Positions 28,185 through 41,334 of a stretch of DNA of 64,000 nucleotides are shown piece after piece; within the stretch, counting starts at the first letter, position 1, and each line of letters starts with the position of its first letter. The DNA comes from Octopus sinensis (Eukaryota), in assembly GCF_006345805.1 (NCBI RefSeq), contig NC_043001.1:127038001-127102000 (forward strand). The letters run 5' to 3'. The notes below the pieces were generated by a model. It saw nothing but the letters and a program-made list of their open reading frames with translations, was not told the DNA's origin and did not search any database. The translations under genes were made by a program, and so were the position numbers.

Positions 28185-28850
28185 ATACAAGGTACATTCG
28201 AGAAGTTTTGAGGCTATTTCAGATGAGACATGTATTAATTTCAATGCAGTCCAAAGCTCTAATCTTCAAAGTAGGATCGTCTGACTTCAAGGCACCTGTT
28301 GTAGCACTCCAGCTACTTGATGAAGGGCCCATGGAAGTCCTCAAAGTTGAAGGTGTCCAGAAACGTCGTCACAGCTTCCTTGATCTTATCCTTCAGCTTT
28401 GGGAATAACCAAAAGCAACAGAAAGCGAGGTTTGGACTGTAAAGAGGATGAAGGACAGTTAGTTACCATGATAGAATTGTGAATGCGACGAAATCCCTTC
28501 CTGAATTCCCTCAAAACCTCCACAAAGTAAACTTTGTTGACCGTCTGACAAGAGTGAATCCAGGGGATAAAGATGATACCCTTGCTGTCGAAAAAGGGGG
28601 ATCCTCATGAGCTTCCTAGTGGATATACGTTGTCTGGCCCCTTTTGCCAGAGAAAAAACAAATGCTCGGCTCATACAAGTTGATTTGTGATTAGTCGTGA
28701 GCATTTCATAAGTTTCTATAAAGTTTTCGCCCAGTTTAATACAAAACTTTCTTGCACAGGAGCCTTCCAAATTGTCTTCACGTCCCGATTTGAAAATGTC
28801 AATATGCGGTACAACACTTCAAAGAGTCGTCGCAGCTACAGCCGTCCGTC
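28185..28850 (-). mobile_element. Internally deleted, degenerate mariner element
   Basis: KFCIKLGENFIETYEML..CMSRA at the N-terminus, with an IHWIP..QTVNK.Y.VEVL-like segment. Confidence 0.65.
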
Positions 28851-29059
28851 CTTTTTCTTAAATTCTTTTTCTTCTCTTAACCATTTGTACAAATTTCAGA
28901 GCGCCGTGGACTGAAAGATAGAAACTCTTTTAGAAAATATTTTTTGAATCACAAGTACTTCATTTTTTTTTTCTTAAAGAGGAAAATTGCCATTTTATTT
29001 TAAAATAGATATTAATCTTTATCAACTTAATCAAAAGGCAGAAAAATAATCAGTGACAT

Positions 29060-30120
29060 TATCTCTTTATAGACGAAGATCTGTTGCAATGGGAGGAGTT
29101 GAATCTTATAAGAATGGAAAAACAATCAACAACAAATGGGTTTACCTTATGGATGGATGGAAGCACTCCGTCGGTTACGACGACGAGGGTTCCGGTTGAT
29201 CCGATCAACGGAACAACCTGCTCGTGAAATTAACGTGTAAGTGGCTGAGCACTCCACAGATACGTGTACCCTTAGCGTAGTTCTCAGGGATATTCAGCGT
29301 GACAGAGAGTGACAAGGCTGGCCTTTTGAAATACAGGTACAACAGAAACAGGAAGTAAGAGTGAGAGAAAGTTGTGGTGAAAGAGTACAGCAGGGATCAC
29401 CACCATCCCTGCCGGAGCCTCGTGGAGCTTTAGGTGTTTTCGCTCAATAAACACTCACAACGCCCGGTCTGGGAATCGAAACCGCGATCCTACGACCGCG
29501 AGTCCGCTGCCCTAACCATTGGGCCATTGCGCCTCCTGTTTACCTTATAATGAAACTCTTTTAAGAGCATTTAAATGCCACTGTAACGTTCAAATCGATG
29601 TCTCGGTGAGGTAACTTAAGTACATCATCAAGTACACGCTGGAAGGAAATAGCCAAAGCTGCTGTTCAAATTAACAATGATAACGAAGTTATTCATTATC
29701 TAATTGGTAGGTATACTGGGCCATCCGAAGCAGTTACAACTATTTTAGGATTTTTAATTCATAAAAGAGCACCTACAATAGTGAAACTGCAAATTCATCT
29801 ACCAGATGAACAAAGAATATTGCTCAGAAATAATGAGGATATATATGGCTGCCAATGAACGACATATAAGAACAACATTGACAGAATTCTTTACATTATG
29901 TATCAATGATGACTTTGCAAAAACATTTCTTTGTGCTGAAATACCAATGTATTTCAGTTGGAACAGTTGGAACGAAGAATGGCGAAAAGAAAGCGAAGAA
30001 AACAGTTGAAGGCCATTTGAACATTTTCAAAGATGAAACACTTGGTTGTGTTTATGTTGTCACACCAAAGGTAGGAGAATTGTGTTATTAAAGAATTTTA
30101 TTGCATGAAGTTCCAAATAG
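29060..30120 (+). mobile_element. Degenerate Helitron RepHel fragment interrupted by a SINE
   Basis: YRRR..NNKWV.PYN.TLL.AFKCHCNV...KYIIKY...RYTGPSEA...IH..PTIVKLQIHLP...TTLTEFF...GCVYVVTPKVGELCY.RILLHEV. Confidence 0.85.
29151..29536 (-). mobile_element. SINE family B, tail type 2, full length
   Basis: TSD gtttaccttat. Confidence 0.92.
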
Positions 30121-30305
30121 TATTTATTTTCCTTTTGCCGCCGCGCATCGGCATTTTCAACTTGGAGTAGATGTGACCCAACGGATCACGGCTACATCTA
30201 ATGATATACTAAAATCAAGATAATGGAAGACAGTTATGACTAACTGTCACATCTAGAAAAGGGTCAGAACTCTTGGAATGCATTTCGTGTGTGCGTGCGT
30301 GTTTC

Positions 30306-30336
<31 letters not shown>

Positions 30337-30337
<1 letters not shown>

Positions 30338-30730
30338 CTCTTTTACTCTTTTACTTGTTTCAGTCATTTGACTGTGGCCATGCTGGAGCACCGCCTTTAG
30401 TCGAGCAAATCGACCCCGGGACTTATTCTTTGTAACCCCAGTACTTATTCTATCGGTCTCTTTTGCAGAACCGCTAAGTGACGGGAACGTAAACACATCA
30501 GCATCGGTTGTCAAGCAATGCTAGGGGGACAAACACAGACACATAAATACATATATATACATATATACGACAGGTTTTTTTCAGTTTCCGTCTAACAAAT
30601 CCACTCACAAGGCAATAGTCGGCCCGAGGCTATAGCAGAAGACACTTGCCCAAGATGCCACGCAGTGGGACTGAACCCGGAACCATGTGGTTGGTAAAGA
30701 AGTTACTTACCACACACCCACTCCTGCGCC
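30337..30730 (-). mobile_element. SINE family C, full length
   Basis: Matches 63018-63410. Confidence 0.9.
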
Positions 30731-30754
30731 CTATATATAATATATATATATATA

Positions 30755-30803
<49 letters not shown>

Positions 30804-30825
30804 ATGTTACATTACTCGGTAGTCA

Positions 30826-30888
30826 AGATAAAACTCTGAGTTTCAGATGCCGAAGTGGAAATCCACAACACCATCTCTTCGGTTATCT
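30826..30888 (-). ncRNA. Hammerhead in PLE pseudo-LTR (CCGAAGA variant)
   Basis: Reverse complement of 33678-33740. Confidence 0.7.
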
Positions 30889-33677
30889 GGCTATTTGAAA
30901 ACGTTATGAAAAAATACCGTTAAAAAATGAAGGGAAATTACTCTGTTATAACTCTGCTTTGCCTGCGTACTTATACATCGCTCGCATTTTTCGTCATAAA
31001 AATTATATAAATACATAAAAATATATAAAAATATATAAAATCTTCTTGGGACATAACACAGAAAGCATGTTCTATCCGTTTTCTTTAGGGGACCAAAACG
31101 TAACAGAAATTTAGTCACATGTGGGCATGATCCGAAAAGCTCTGTCCTTGTATTTAGACATGTGTAGGGTCTAAGCTGCTTTTCCAGATAAGCCATCTCT
31201 CCATGTCGCATAAACCGCCCTTCCGCTGCCGTTAGTATAGGGCTTACATCTGGCCAAAATCTTCCATTGTATGTTATAATCGACACCTTTATCTCTTAAA
31301 GACCAAATATGATTGGATAATTGTGTCGCTTTTCTTTTGTTCCAGTGCCTAAGCTCAAAGTGTGGTTATTGAACCTGGCCTTGAAATTACCCTCTGTCAG
31401 GCCCCCGTATTTCTTCGTCGAAACGGTGTCTTTAGTGGTTATAGATTTTACGGTAGCTTCATATATGATGTCTTGGACATGCAAGCTCCATTTAGCGGGC
31501 ACGATTCTTTATTCCTGCATGAACAGCTGTTTTCTTGTGTTTTTTGTATGTTATGATTGATTATGTTTTTAAAATTGGTAGTTGAACTAAAACTAATTTT
31601 TAAATTGTGTCTATTGAAGAGTTTCCTATAAGCATGGTTAACTGGAAAATGTCTATCTATCAGTGCTAGGAAATATTTACCTATATTGAAGGCCACCTCG
31701 GTGAGTAAGGGGGCGTGAACCAGATGACCTTCCTATTTCTATTATTCCTTTTCCTATGTTGGGCTGGTGATAGGTGTATATTTTATTTTTTCGCTAAAAC
31801 CACTATCTTTTAAAGCTTTATTATAAACTCTGGGGCAACGCTATTGAAGATGTCCTCATTAGATGAGAGGCTAGAAATCCTCTTACTAATATTTTTAACT
31901 AAATTTTTGAATACTATAGGGGGATGGCATGAACCTACATTAATATAACTTAGTCTATCATTGGGCTTCCTATAAGGCTTATAAATATATTATTAAGTCT
32001 AAGGAAACGTCTAAGAAATTGACAACCGTCAGGTTAGTGTCTATAGTATACAAGTCCGAAGTGTTTCATTAACTGGATAATATCCTTCCTAAAACGATCT
32101 TGTGCTTACACAATCGAGGTTACACAATTCGAATATTGTTGATTTTTATGCCTCTATCTCTAAAGAACTGCTAGATAGAGCCCTAATCTTCGCTAGTGAC
32201 TTCATAGAAATTAGTACCAATGATAAGGATATAATCTTCCATGCTAGAAAGACATTACTTTTCAGTGAGAATGCAAAGTGGGTAAAAAACACCGACACGG
32301 AGGGCGCTTTCGATGTGAGCATGGGTTCATATGATGGGGCAGGCATCTGTGATCTAATTGGACTCTTCTCCTAGATACCTTCGGTAAGACATTCCCTAAC
32401 GTACATTTCGCCATCTACAAAGATGATGCCCTCGCCTAACAGCTAATACAAATGGACCAGCACAGATCGTTTTAGGAAGGATATTATCCAGTTAATGAAA
32501 CACTTCGGACTTGTATAACTATAGACACTAACCTGACGGTTGTCAATTTCTTAGACGTTTCCTTAGATCTTAATAATAATATTTATAAGCCTTATAGGAA
32601 GCCCAATGATAGACTAAGTTATATTAATGTAGGTTCATGCCATCCCCCTATAGTATTCAAAAATTTAGTTAAAAATATTAGTAAGAGGATTTCTAGCCTC
32701 TCATCTAATGAGGACATCTTCAATAGCGTTGCCCCAGTTTATAATAAAGCTTTAAAAGATAGTGGTTTTAGCGAAAAATAAAATATACACCTATCACCAG
32801 CCCAACAATAAGGAAAAGGAATAATAGAAATAGGAAGGTCATCTGGTTTACGCCCCTTACTCACCCGAGGTGGCCTTCAATATAGGTAAATATTTCCTAG
32901 CACTGATAGATAGACATTTTCCAGTTTACCATGCTTATAGGAAACTCTTCAATAGACACAATTTAAAAATTAGTTTTAGTTCAACTACCAATTTTAAAAA
33001 CATAATCAATCATAACATACAAAAAACACAAGAAAACAGCTGTTCATGCAGGAATAAGAATCGTGCCCGCTAAATGGAGCTTGCATGTCCAAGACCATCA
33101 TATATGAAGCTACCGTAAACTCTATAACCACTAAAGACACCGTTTCGACGAAGAAATACGTGGCCCTGACAGAGGGTAATTTCAAGGCAGGTTCAATAAC
33201 CACACTTTGAGCTTTAGGCACTGGAACAAAAGAAAAGCGACACAATTATCCAATCATATTTGGTCTTTAAGAGATAAAGGTGTCGATTATAACATACAAT
33301 GGAAGATTTTGGCCAGATGTAAGCCCTATACTAACGGCAGCGGAAGGTGCGGTTTTTGCGACATGGAGAGATGGCTTATCTGGAAAAGCAGCTTAGACCC
33401 TACCACATGTCTAAATACAAGGACAGAGCTTTTCGGATCATGCCCACATGTGACTAAATTTCTGTTACGTTTTTGGTCCCCTAAAGAAAACGGATAGAAC
33501 ATGCTTTCTGTGTTATGTCCAAGAAGATTTTATATATTTTATATATTTTTATGTATTTTTATATAATTTTTATGACGAAAAATGCGAGCGATGTATAGTA
33601 CGCAGGCAAGCAGAGTTATAACAGAGTAATTTCCCTTCATTTTTAACGGTATTTTTTCATAACGTTTTCAAATAGCC

Positions 33678-33740
33678 AGATAACCGAAGAGATGGTGTTG
33701 TGGATTTCCACTTCGGCATCTGAAACTCAGAGTTTTATCT
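33678..33740 (+). ncRNA. Hammerhead in PLE pseudo-LTR (CCGAAGA variant)
   Basis: agauaa-CCGAAGA-gaug...cauc u-GAAA-cuc a gag-UU-uuaucu. Confidence 0.7.
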
Positions 33741-34803
33741 TGACTACCGAGTAAATGTAACATATTGTATAGATAAATTTCCTCTATTTACATAATATTG
33801 AGGTCTCTTTCTTTCTTTTGTTATCTTACCGTTTTATCAATATATATATATATATATATAACAAGCTTCTACACAGTTTCCGTCGACAATTTCACTCACA
33901 AGTCATTGGTCGGCCCGGGCATATAGTAAAAGACACTTGCCCAAAGTGCCATGCGCTGGGGCTGAACCCGAAACCACGTATTTTCAATGAAAGCTTCTTT
34001 GCCATATAGCCATCTTTGCACCTAGTTAAACACTGATTTGTAATGAAATAAGTTCTCCCATTCTCTCTCCGTGTCACACCAATTCTTTCTCTCTGACCAC
34101 ACACACACACACACCACTCACACCCACACACACACACACACACACACCACACAACACATACACATACTGTGTGTATACATACATACATACATACATACAC
34201 ACACACAAATATACATACATACATTAATATATACCAGTCTTCCGTAATGAGTTTTATACTAATTGTTTGTTCCTACCCATACGCACACATATATACCTAA
34301 ATAACATACATATTGGTAGTGGTGGTGGTGGTGGTGGTGGTGGTTGACCTTCCAATCGAACCAAAGGCTTCATGTTTTACCATTGTTTATTTGCATAACC
34401 GATAATACTTGTTGGTTGCAAGTTCTTGTAGAGGTGCCACTGTTTTATGGTGATGCGGTAGGATTTGAACGTAGAAAGACAAGATAATATCTATGTAGCA
34501 TTCTATCCAACACTCTGTCGACTCTACCAGTTCACTAGCACATACACTTATGGATACATACACATAAAAAACATACACAGACACATCAGTTTACATAGAT
34601 AGATAGGTGCGTAAGTATGTATGTATGTATACATATACACATGTCTACATATGTGTATGCATGTATATGTGTGTGCATATATATATATATATATACATAA
34701 TAGATATATAGAGAGAGTTCAAATTTACAGAAAGCAAAGAACAAAGACACCTTAGGGAACATCAAGCAGGTGTATTAGTTCAACGGTCGAGAAGAATGGA
34801 AAT

Positions 34804-34846
<43 letters not shown>

Positions 34847-34873
34847 GCGTACATACATACATACATACATACA

Positions 34874-34905
<32 letters not shown>

Positions 34906-35471
34906 GATGTACATATTTCTAAATGAACATATTGATACACATACGCACATATATAAGATGTGTGCATGTATGTATGTATGTATGTATGTATGTATGTATG
35001 TATAATCTAATTATCTTTCCTGTTGATTTCATGCAAATTACTAATTACTCTCCAATGAATTCAATGTTCTTCTGCCAATACATCTATTGTCTTGTGTACT
35101 TACTAGGTGATATTTTTACATCATTATTTCAGCACGATCGTTGAATGCTATAGTTGGCTAATGAGAAAAGCATAAACCAAAACACTGTAGAAGTTGTCTC
35201 CCGTATTTATCAGTTTCTTTCAATGGTGCATGCAAAAGATATGTTAATAATCTTTTTTACTATAGGCACAAGCCCTGAAATTTTGCGGGATTGCCATAAC
35301 CTTAGATTGACACAAACTGACAGAAAAAGTACAGACGAGTTCTGTATCTGAATTTGAATAGAACTTTTAATCTACTGCACGATTTAAGACGACTGCCGAT
35401 ATTTGTCCAACTGTGCCACGTGAAATCTGAAGTAATCTGACATATCATATGCGTCCTATCTATCTATTTAC

Positions 35472-35555
<84 letters not shown>

Positions 35556-35558
<3 letters not shown>

Positions 35559-35790
35559 CCATATTTACAACATTAGCAAAACAAATATCCTAGCCAGAAA
35601 CTTCTCAAGCAACGTTTATGTAAATGGAAGAGTAAGCAGGTACACTCTGGGTTCTCAGAAAGCATTTGTATATATTATATATATATATATATTATATATA
35701 TATATATATGAGAAGAGGAAATTGAGAAGGGGGTCTAAATAAACTTTTCATATCTTAGATATAATTCTTCTCAGTTATCCATCCATCTAT
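35556..35790 (+). repeat. Unclassified ~230-bp repeat embedded in (TATC)n
   Basis: Inverted copy at 46590-46845. Confidence 0.8.
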
Positions 35791-35913
35791 CTATCTATCT
35801 TTGTATCTATCCATCGATCTATCTATTAATCTATCTATCTATCTATTTATCCATCTAACCACCAATCATCTATCTATTTATCTATCTATTTATCCATCTA
35901 TCTATCTATTTGG

Positions 35914-35963
<50 letters not shown>

Positions 35964-36289
35964 CTGTGTATGTAAGTTTCTTTACCTACCTCCTTATTTT
36001 TCTTTCTCTCTATCAGTCTATCCACCTATCTATATAGTAGCATTTGGGCTCCGCTGTAACATCATTTGTGCATGTAGATGAAGAAATCAATATCTGAAGT
36101 GGCGGATAATTAAGACTAAGTTCAGAATCAATGAAATATGTCTCTTCGTCACATTGGTTTACTGTTCCGAGACACAGCTTTTTTACTCAAGTCGAGCGAA
36201 AAAGTCAACATTGATAGGCGCAAAAAATTGCATCTAGATTATCGGGAGTGATCAATAGCTCAATAGCTCAATAGAGCAATGGTATCTTC

Positions 36290-36545
36290 CCTAGTGAATC
36301 ATCATTCACCCTTTTCCCACTTCGGGCCAAGTTTATGTCTAGAAACAGCCCAAACCTAAATGTTGTCCCCTACTATAGCCTATTGAAGTGGATCTGTGAT
36401 AGTTTGTGCAGCCAAATCATGGAATTCTTTAGGCCTTTCAATTGTTCTAAATGGCAAAGTTAATGCCAAGTATGGTGTTTGATCATGTCCATCCTATGAG
36501 ATACAGATTGCATTCTGATGGTAGTGCAATATTCCAGGGCGATAA
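36290..36545 (+). mobile_element. Degenerate Tc1 transposase fragment
   Basis: SGSVIV.AA...DHVHPM...DGSAIFQGDN. Confidence 0.5.
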
Positions 36546-36579
36546 TAATAATAATAATAATATAATAATAATAATAATA

Positions 36580-36613
<34 letters not shown>

Positions 36614-36615
<2 letters not shown>

Positions 36616-36950
36616 TGTGTACAGTGCTCAGGTGCACTACAACTCATCTAAAGTGTATATATAATCAGGTGGTAGTTTCGGCGGATTTCGGAAAGCATGA
36701 GGGCCTTAAAGGATGCAGTGTCATGGCAGTCAACACTGACGCAGGCAGTTTATTCATGCTTCAGCAACTCTGAGCGTGGAAAAATGTTTCCGAAGTCATG
36801 GGAGCTGGTTGTTTTTTCTGACTTTGTAGGCATGTCCACGTGTGTTAGACACATGGAGATCAAAAAGGTGTTCAGTGTTGTTGTTGGTGAGGTGGTTGAT
36901 AACTTTGTGGGCGTTTACCAAGTCCGTCGCCAGACGCCGGAGCTTCAGTG
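36614..36950 (-). mobile_element. CR1 LINE 3' fragment
   Basis: RGHAYKV..HDFRKHF..LRVAEA.NKLPASV..TASFKA, ending in (ATT)n. Confidence 0.75.
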
Positions 36951-37307
36951 AATGCGCCAATTTACACGGCTAACGTTATTCAAAATTGCTATGCATACCA
37001 CCGGAACTTAATATAATCAAACATTTGTGGTGTTCTTTGAAGCAGCAACTGAGAAACTGCTTCTCTCCGTCATCATCGCGAAAACTGTTGAAGCAGGTTT
37101 TACTTCAAGTATGTCTCAGAATCCCCCTAATGACAGTTCAGAACCTGTACGAGTCTTATTAAAGTTGTGATTGATGCTTAAGGTTCAATTAAGCAAGGTG
37201 TTTCCATTGTCATTCAGTACATGTACATATGCATGTGTATGTGTGTGTGTATGAAGAGAAGCATAGATAGATATGTGTATATATGTGTACAGTATATATA
37301 TATATTA

Positions 37308-37678
37308 GGAGGAAGCACTCCGTCGGTTACGACGACGAGGGCTCCGGTTGATACGAATCAACGGAACAGCCTGCTCGTGAAATTAACGTGTAAGTGGCTG
37401 AGTACTCCACAGACACGTGTACCCTTAACGTAGTTCTCGGGGATATTCAGCGTGACACAGAGAGTGACAAGGCCGGCCCTTTGAAATACAGGTACAACAG
37501 AAACAGGAAGTAAGAGTGAGAGAAAGTTGTGGTGAAAGAGTACAGCAGGGATCACCACCATCCCGGAGCTTTAGTTGTTTTTCGCTCAATAAACACTCAC
37601 AACGCCTGGTCTGGGAATCGAAACCGCGATCCTACGACCGCGAGTCCGCTGCCCTAACCATTGGGCCATTGCGCCTCC
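37308..37678 (-). mobile_element. SINE family B, tail type 2
   Basis: Matches 29151-29536 with a small deletion. Confidence 0.9.
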
Positions 37679-37712
37679 CACACACACACACACACACCAC
37701 ACACATATATAT

Positions 37713-37755
<43 letters not shown>

Positions 37756-37756
37756 T

Positions 37757-37803
<47 letters not shown>

Positions 37804-37826
37804 TATATATATATATTATAATATAT

Positions 37827-37868
<42 letters not shown>

Positions 37869-37886
37869 CTGCGTCCTATTTTGGTG

Positions 37887-37980
37887 ACTTTGCTGACGAG
37901 ACAACCAAGCGTAAACGGATTTAATTTAATTTAATAAATTTGATTGCGTGAAGATGTTGAAACCTTGCAGGGTACAAAGT
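37887..37980 (+). ncRNA. Type I hammerhead ribozyme with long helix II
   Basis: acuuug-CUGACGA-gaca...uguu-GAAA-ccuugcaggg-UA-caaagu. Confidence 0.88.
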
Positions 37981-38365
37981 TTAAGGGGATAATGTTTTTT
38001 ATTTTCCTCTAGTTTCAGAATTCTACTATATTTTTTGCGGTTTTGAGTTTAGCTGCTCTTTTCAAGTGAGTCGAACGACCTTCTCAGGGTCATTCCTTAA
38101 TATTTTGTTGAATGTATAATATAGTCTGTGGACTATTTCTATTTTCTCACTTGACCGCTGGTGGCAGAAATTTTTCTTGAATTTTTGTTACCCTTATATT
38201 GATTGATTAATGAATTTTTGACTAATTCTGAAACTTGTATCAGCAGCTTATATTTGCTGCGGAGTAGATGGCGCGATTACGTTGAATTCGAAAATTTACG
38301 ATATATAGACCCGAGGCTTAGATGGTGTAGCCTCGTGTGTATATATATCTGCTCCTATTTTGGTG

Positions 38366-38459
38366 ACTTTGCTGACGAGACAAGCCAAGCGTAAACGGAT
38401 TTAATTTAATTTAATTAAATTGATTGCGTGAAGATGTTGAAACCTTGCAGGGTACAAGT
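38366..38459 (+). ncRNA. Type I hammerhead ribozyme, second copy
   Basis: Same as 37887-37980, with a 1-nt deletion in helix I. Confidence 0.85.
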
Positions 38460-38685
38460 TTGAAGGGGATAAATGTTTTTTATTTCCTCTAGTTTCGAAT
38501 TACTACTATATTTTTTGCGGTTTTGAGTTTTAGCTGCTCTTTTCAAGTGAGTCGAACGACCTTCTCAGGGTCATTCCTTAATATTTGTTGAATGTATAAT
38601 ATAGTCTGTGGACTATTTCTATTTCTCACTTGACCGCTGGTGGCAGAAAATTTTTCTTGAATTTTTTGTACCCTTATATTGATTG

Positions 38686-38726
<41 letters not shown>

Positions 38727-38907
38727 ATATATATATATATATTACACATACATATATACACATGCATATATGCATACACATATACATATACATAGTTAAT
38801 CCAAACATGAAATCACAAAGAGAAAACACAACAACGCGAGGACGTGGAACAAGAATAGTGTTATTGGACGCTCAGAGAAGGAAAGAAAGAAGAAGGATTT
38901 AACGTTT

Positions 38908-39350
38908 CGAGAAGGTACTCAAAAGTAACCGGAAACGTTCTCTGTGGGACAAGCTTATTGTAGTTTAGGTTTCCGCCGCTAAAAGCCACTAGATACGGCC
39001 CTTAGGCAACAGTCTGCAGACTAGCGTCATCGGATGTAGTCCTACTGCCACGTAGTACGTCTTTATGTTGCGATACTTCTCCCCTGTTCGTCAATTTTTG
39101 CGTTGGCTGAAACAAAAGAACAGCGCGCTTCTGTGAAAATCTGTTATCTGCGGGGAGAAAGGGCGGCCGAAACAGTTAGCTTATAAAGATGCTGCGATGA
39201 GCAAAACACAAGTTTACGAGTGGCTTTCACGCTTTAGGAATGGTCATTTGTCGCTTGAAGACTAACCTCGTTCAGTACGACTGTCGACCACCTGAACGAA
39301 TTAAAACATCATGAAAATTCATGAACTGGTTTTGGAGGACCGTCACCTCG
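38908..39350 (+). mobile_element. Mariner 5' fragment
   Basis: EQRASVKIC..YKDAAMSKTQVYEWLSRFRNG. It truncates a minus-strand copy (38790-38910) of the 48490 HHR family. Confidence 0.75.
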
Positions 39351-39614
39351 AAAAACGATACAGGGACCACACCAAAGTTATGAATTGAGCGCATGTGTTT
39401 AGGATGGTGTGTTACTAAACTCTCTGGTCCGAGTTTGGGTGAGCGAGTATCGTGTACAATTTTTTTCTGTCGGACTTTTGAACTTATTGCAAGCCTCACC
39501 GATTCTTCCTCCCAACTTTTTGGGATTCTAGACGTCGAGACAAGGAAAATTATATACTAGCCTCGAAAATGGCCGGATGCCGCTTACGATACTCTGTTAC
39601 TAAACGCCATATGA

Positions 39615-39664
<50 letters not shown>

Positions 39665-39879
39665 CACGACTGGCTTCTTTCAGTTTCCGTCTACTAAACC
39701 CACTCACATGGCTTTAATCGGCCCAGAGCTATAGTAGATTTGCCCCAAGTTTCACGCAATTGGGACTGAATCCGGAAGTTCTTACTACGTAGTCACACAG
39801 CCACAAGGAAACTAGAAAAGATGCCTTGACGGTTGTTTGACGCAAAGGAGGGAAAGCATACAGAAGCGAACAGAATTCA

Positions 39880-41200
39880 AAACACTTCTTAGTGGAATTA
39901 ACAAGTTACTATTAAATACAGCCAAGACCAACTCCCCTTTTGTTAACATCCTAGTAAAGGAGTAAACAGCAAAATAGAGGCAAATATATACTATAAACTA
40001 TGGACTTCATTCAATGTCTATCTTTCAGTTAGTGCAATTCGAGACAACATACTCGTATTAAATATTCCTTATAGTTTAGCTAAAATGATTTACAGAAATC
40101 CATCCGATGAAAGCATTGCGACAAACTACTTCGAGAACTTAAGAGTACTGTACTTGATAGAAATTATCCACCATCTGTAATCGATAACGGGATACAACTA
40201 GCCAAGGAAATTATATATAAAGAAATTGAATTGGAAGTATCATTTTCTATTTCCACCCACAATCCTAAAAATAATGAAACCAACAGCATTATATTTCAAA
40301 CACATACTAATACTGAGAAAGTACTCCAGGATGATCCAAATTCTTCAGACACATATCAACATAAAATCAAAAGACGAATAAATTAAATTAAATATACAAA
40401 CGCTACACCGCACAGAACAACTGAACCACCTGTAAAAAGGCGTGTATAATCCAACTGTGTTATATGTTGAAATCTATTACAGGATGAGTGATCCATTTTA
40501 AACATATGCAACATTTCAAAATTAAAAAAATTCCCTTTACCTGTGATTCCGAAAAACTGATTTATGAAATAACTAGCAGTATCGCCCGGCGTTGCTCGGG
40601 TTTGTAAGGGAAATAACTATATAAGCATTTTTAGAGATGTAAAGTATAATAGCCATCTCAATATGGCTAACCACAAAGTGGGGTGCTACTGTAGCTTTTT
40701 ACGTTCTGAGATTTAATAATAAATTTTTAGAGAGTTACTTCCCTTACATATGCCAAAAATGCATTAAAAATGGGAAAAATTGATGGTAAATTTTTTTTTA
40801 ATCGTAGACTCATCGTAGATGCGCGCTGCTACCCAGAAGGGCTCGATATGAATCACGACTATAAGATACCTGGTTTCGGTTAAACTGCGCCGCAAAATGT
40901 GGGAGTAGTTAGGAATCTAAATCGTAGGAGACAGACAGCACACAACCTCACTTTTATATATAAAGATATGCTCAGGATGTGGAGAAAATTATACAGGGCA
41001 GACCATGATATCTTTAAGACAACGCATAATTTTGAACAGATCAGAAATTCGAAGACCAGAATACAGACAAATAGGACTCAAGTGAATATATAGATACTAT
41101 AACCAGAAAGAAACAAGCAAATCTTACAATCTTCCTCTATATCAATTTCTCGACGGTGAATCATCAATTAAGAAACAACAGCCTTGACGAAACATCACTT
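39880..41200 (+). mobile_element. Degenerate Penelope-like element (RT thumb and GIY-YIG) split by a Helitron
   Basis: NIPYSLAK...DRNYPPSVIDNGIQLAK, and FTCDSEKLIYEI|ICSGCGENYTGQT when rejoined across the insertion. Confidence 0.75.
40573..40966 (-). mobile_element. Non-autonomous Helitron
   Basis: 5' TC, 3' CTAG, subterminal hairpin cccgagcaacgccggg, A|T target and no TSD. A second copy is at 59524. Confidence 0.9.
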
Positions 41201-41334
41201 TTTAACTACCGAAAAATGATTACTACTACAAAAGATACCAATACTACTGCCATTATTACTGCTACTGCTACTACAGCTACTATTGCATCTACTGCTACGA
41301 CTATTGTCTCCACTGTAACTACTCTAGTAGGAAC

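Larger units (their letters stand above)
30796..33840. mobile_element. GIY-YIG Penelope-like element: 5'-truncated + copy (32107-33840) with a 1.3-kb inverted copy (30796-32106)
   Basis: RT motifs IVDFYASI, SMGSYDGA and IYKDDA. Endonuclease region CSCRNKESCPLNGAC..IIYEATV..KYxGLTE.NFKARFNNH. Flanked by (TA)n. Confidence 0.92.
37869..38687 (+). mobile_element. Retrozyme-like element: two ~339-bp direct repeats, each starting with an HHR, and a ~140-bp spacer
   Basis: 37869-38207 matches 38349-38687. Flanked by (TA)n, with no recognisable protein-coding sequence. Confidence 0.75.
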
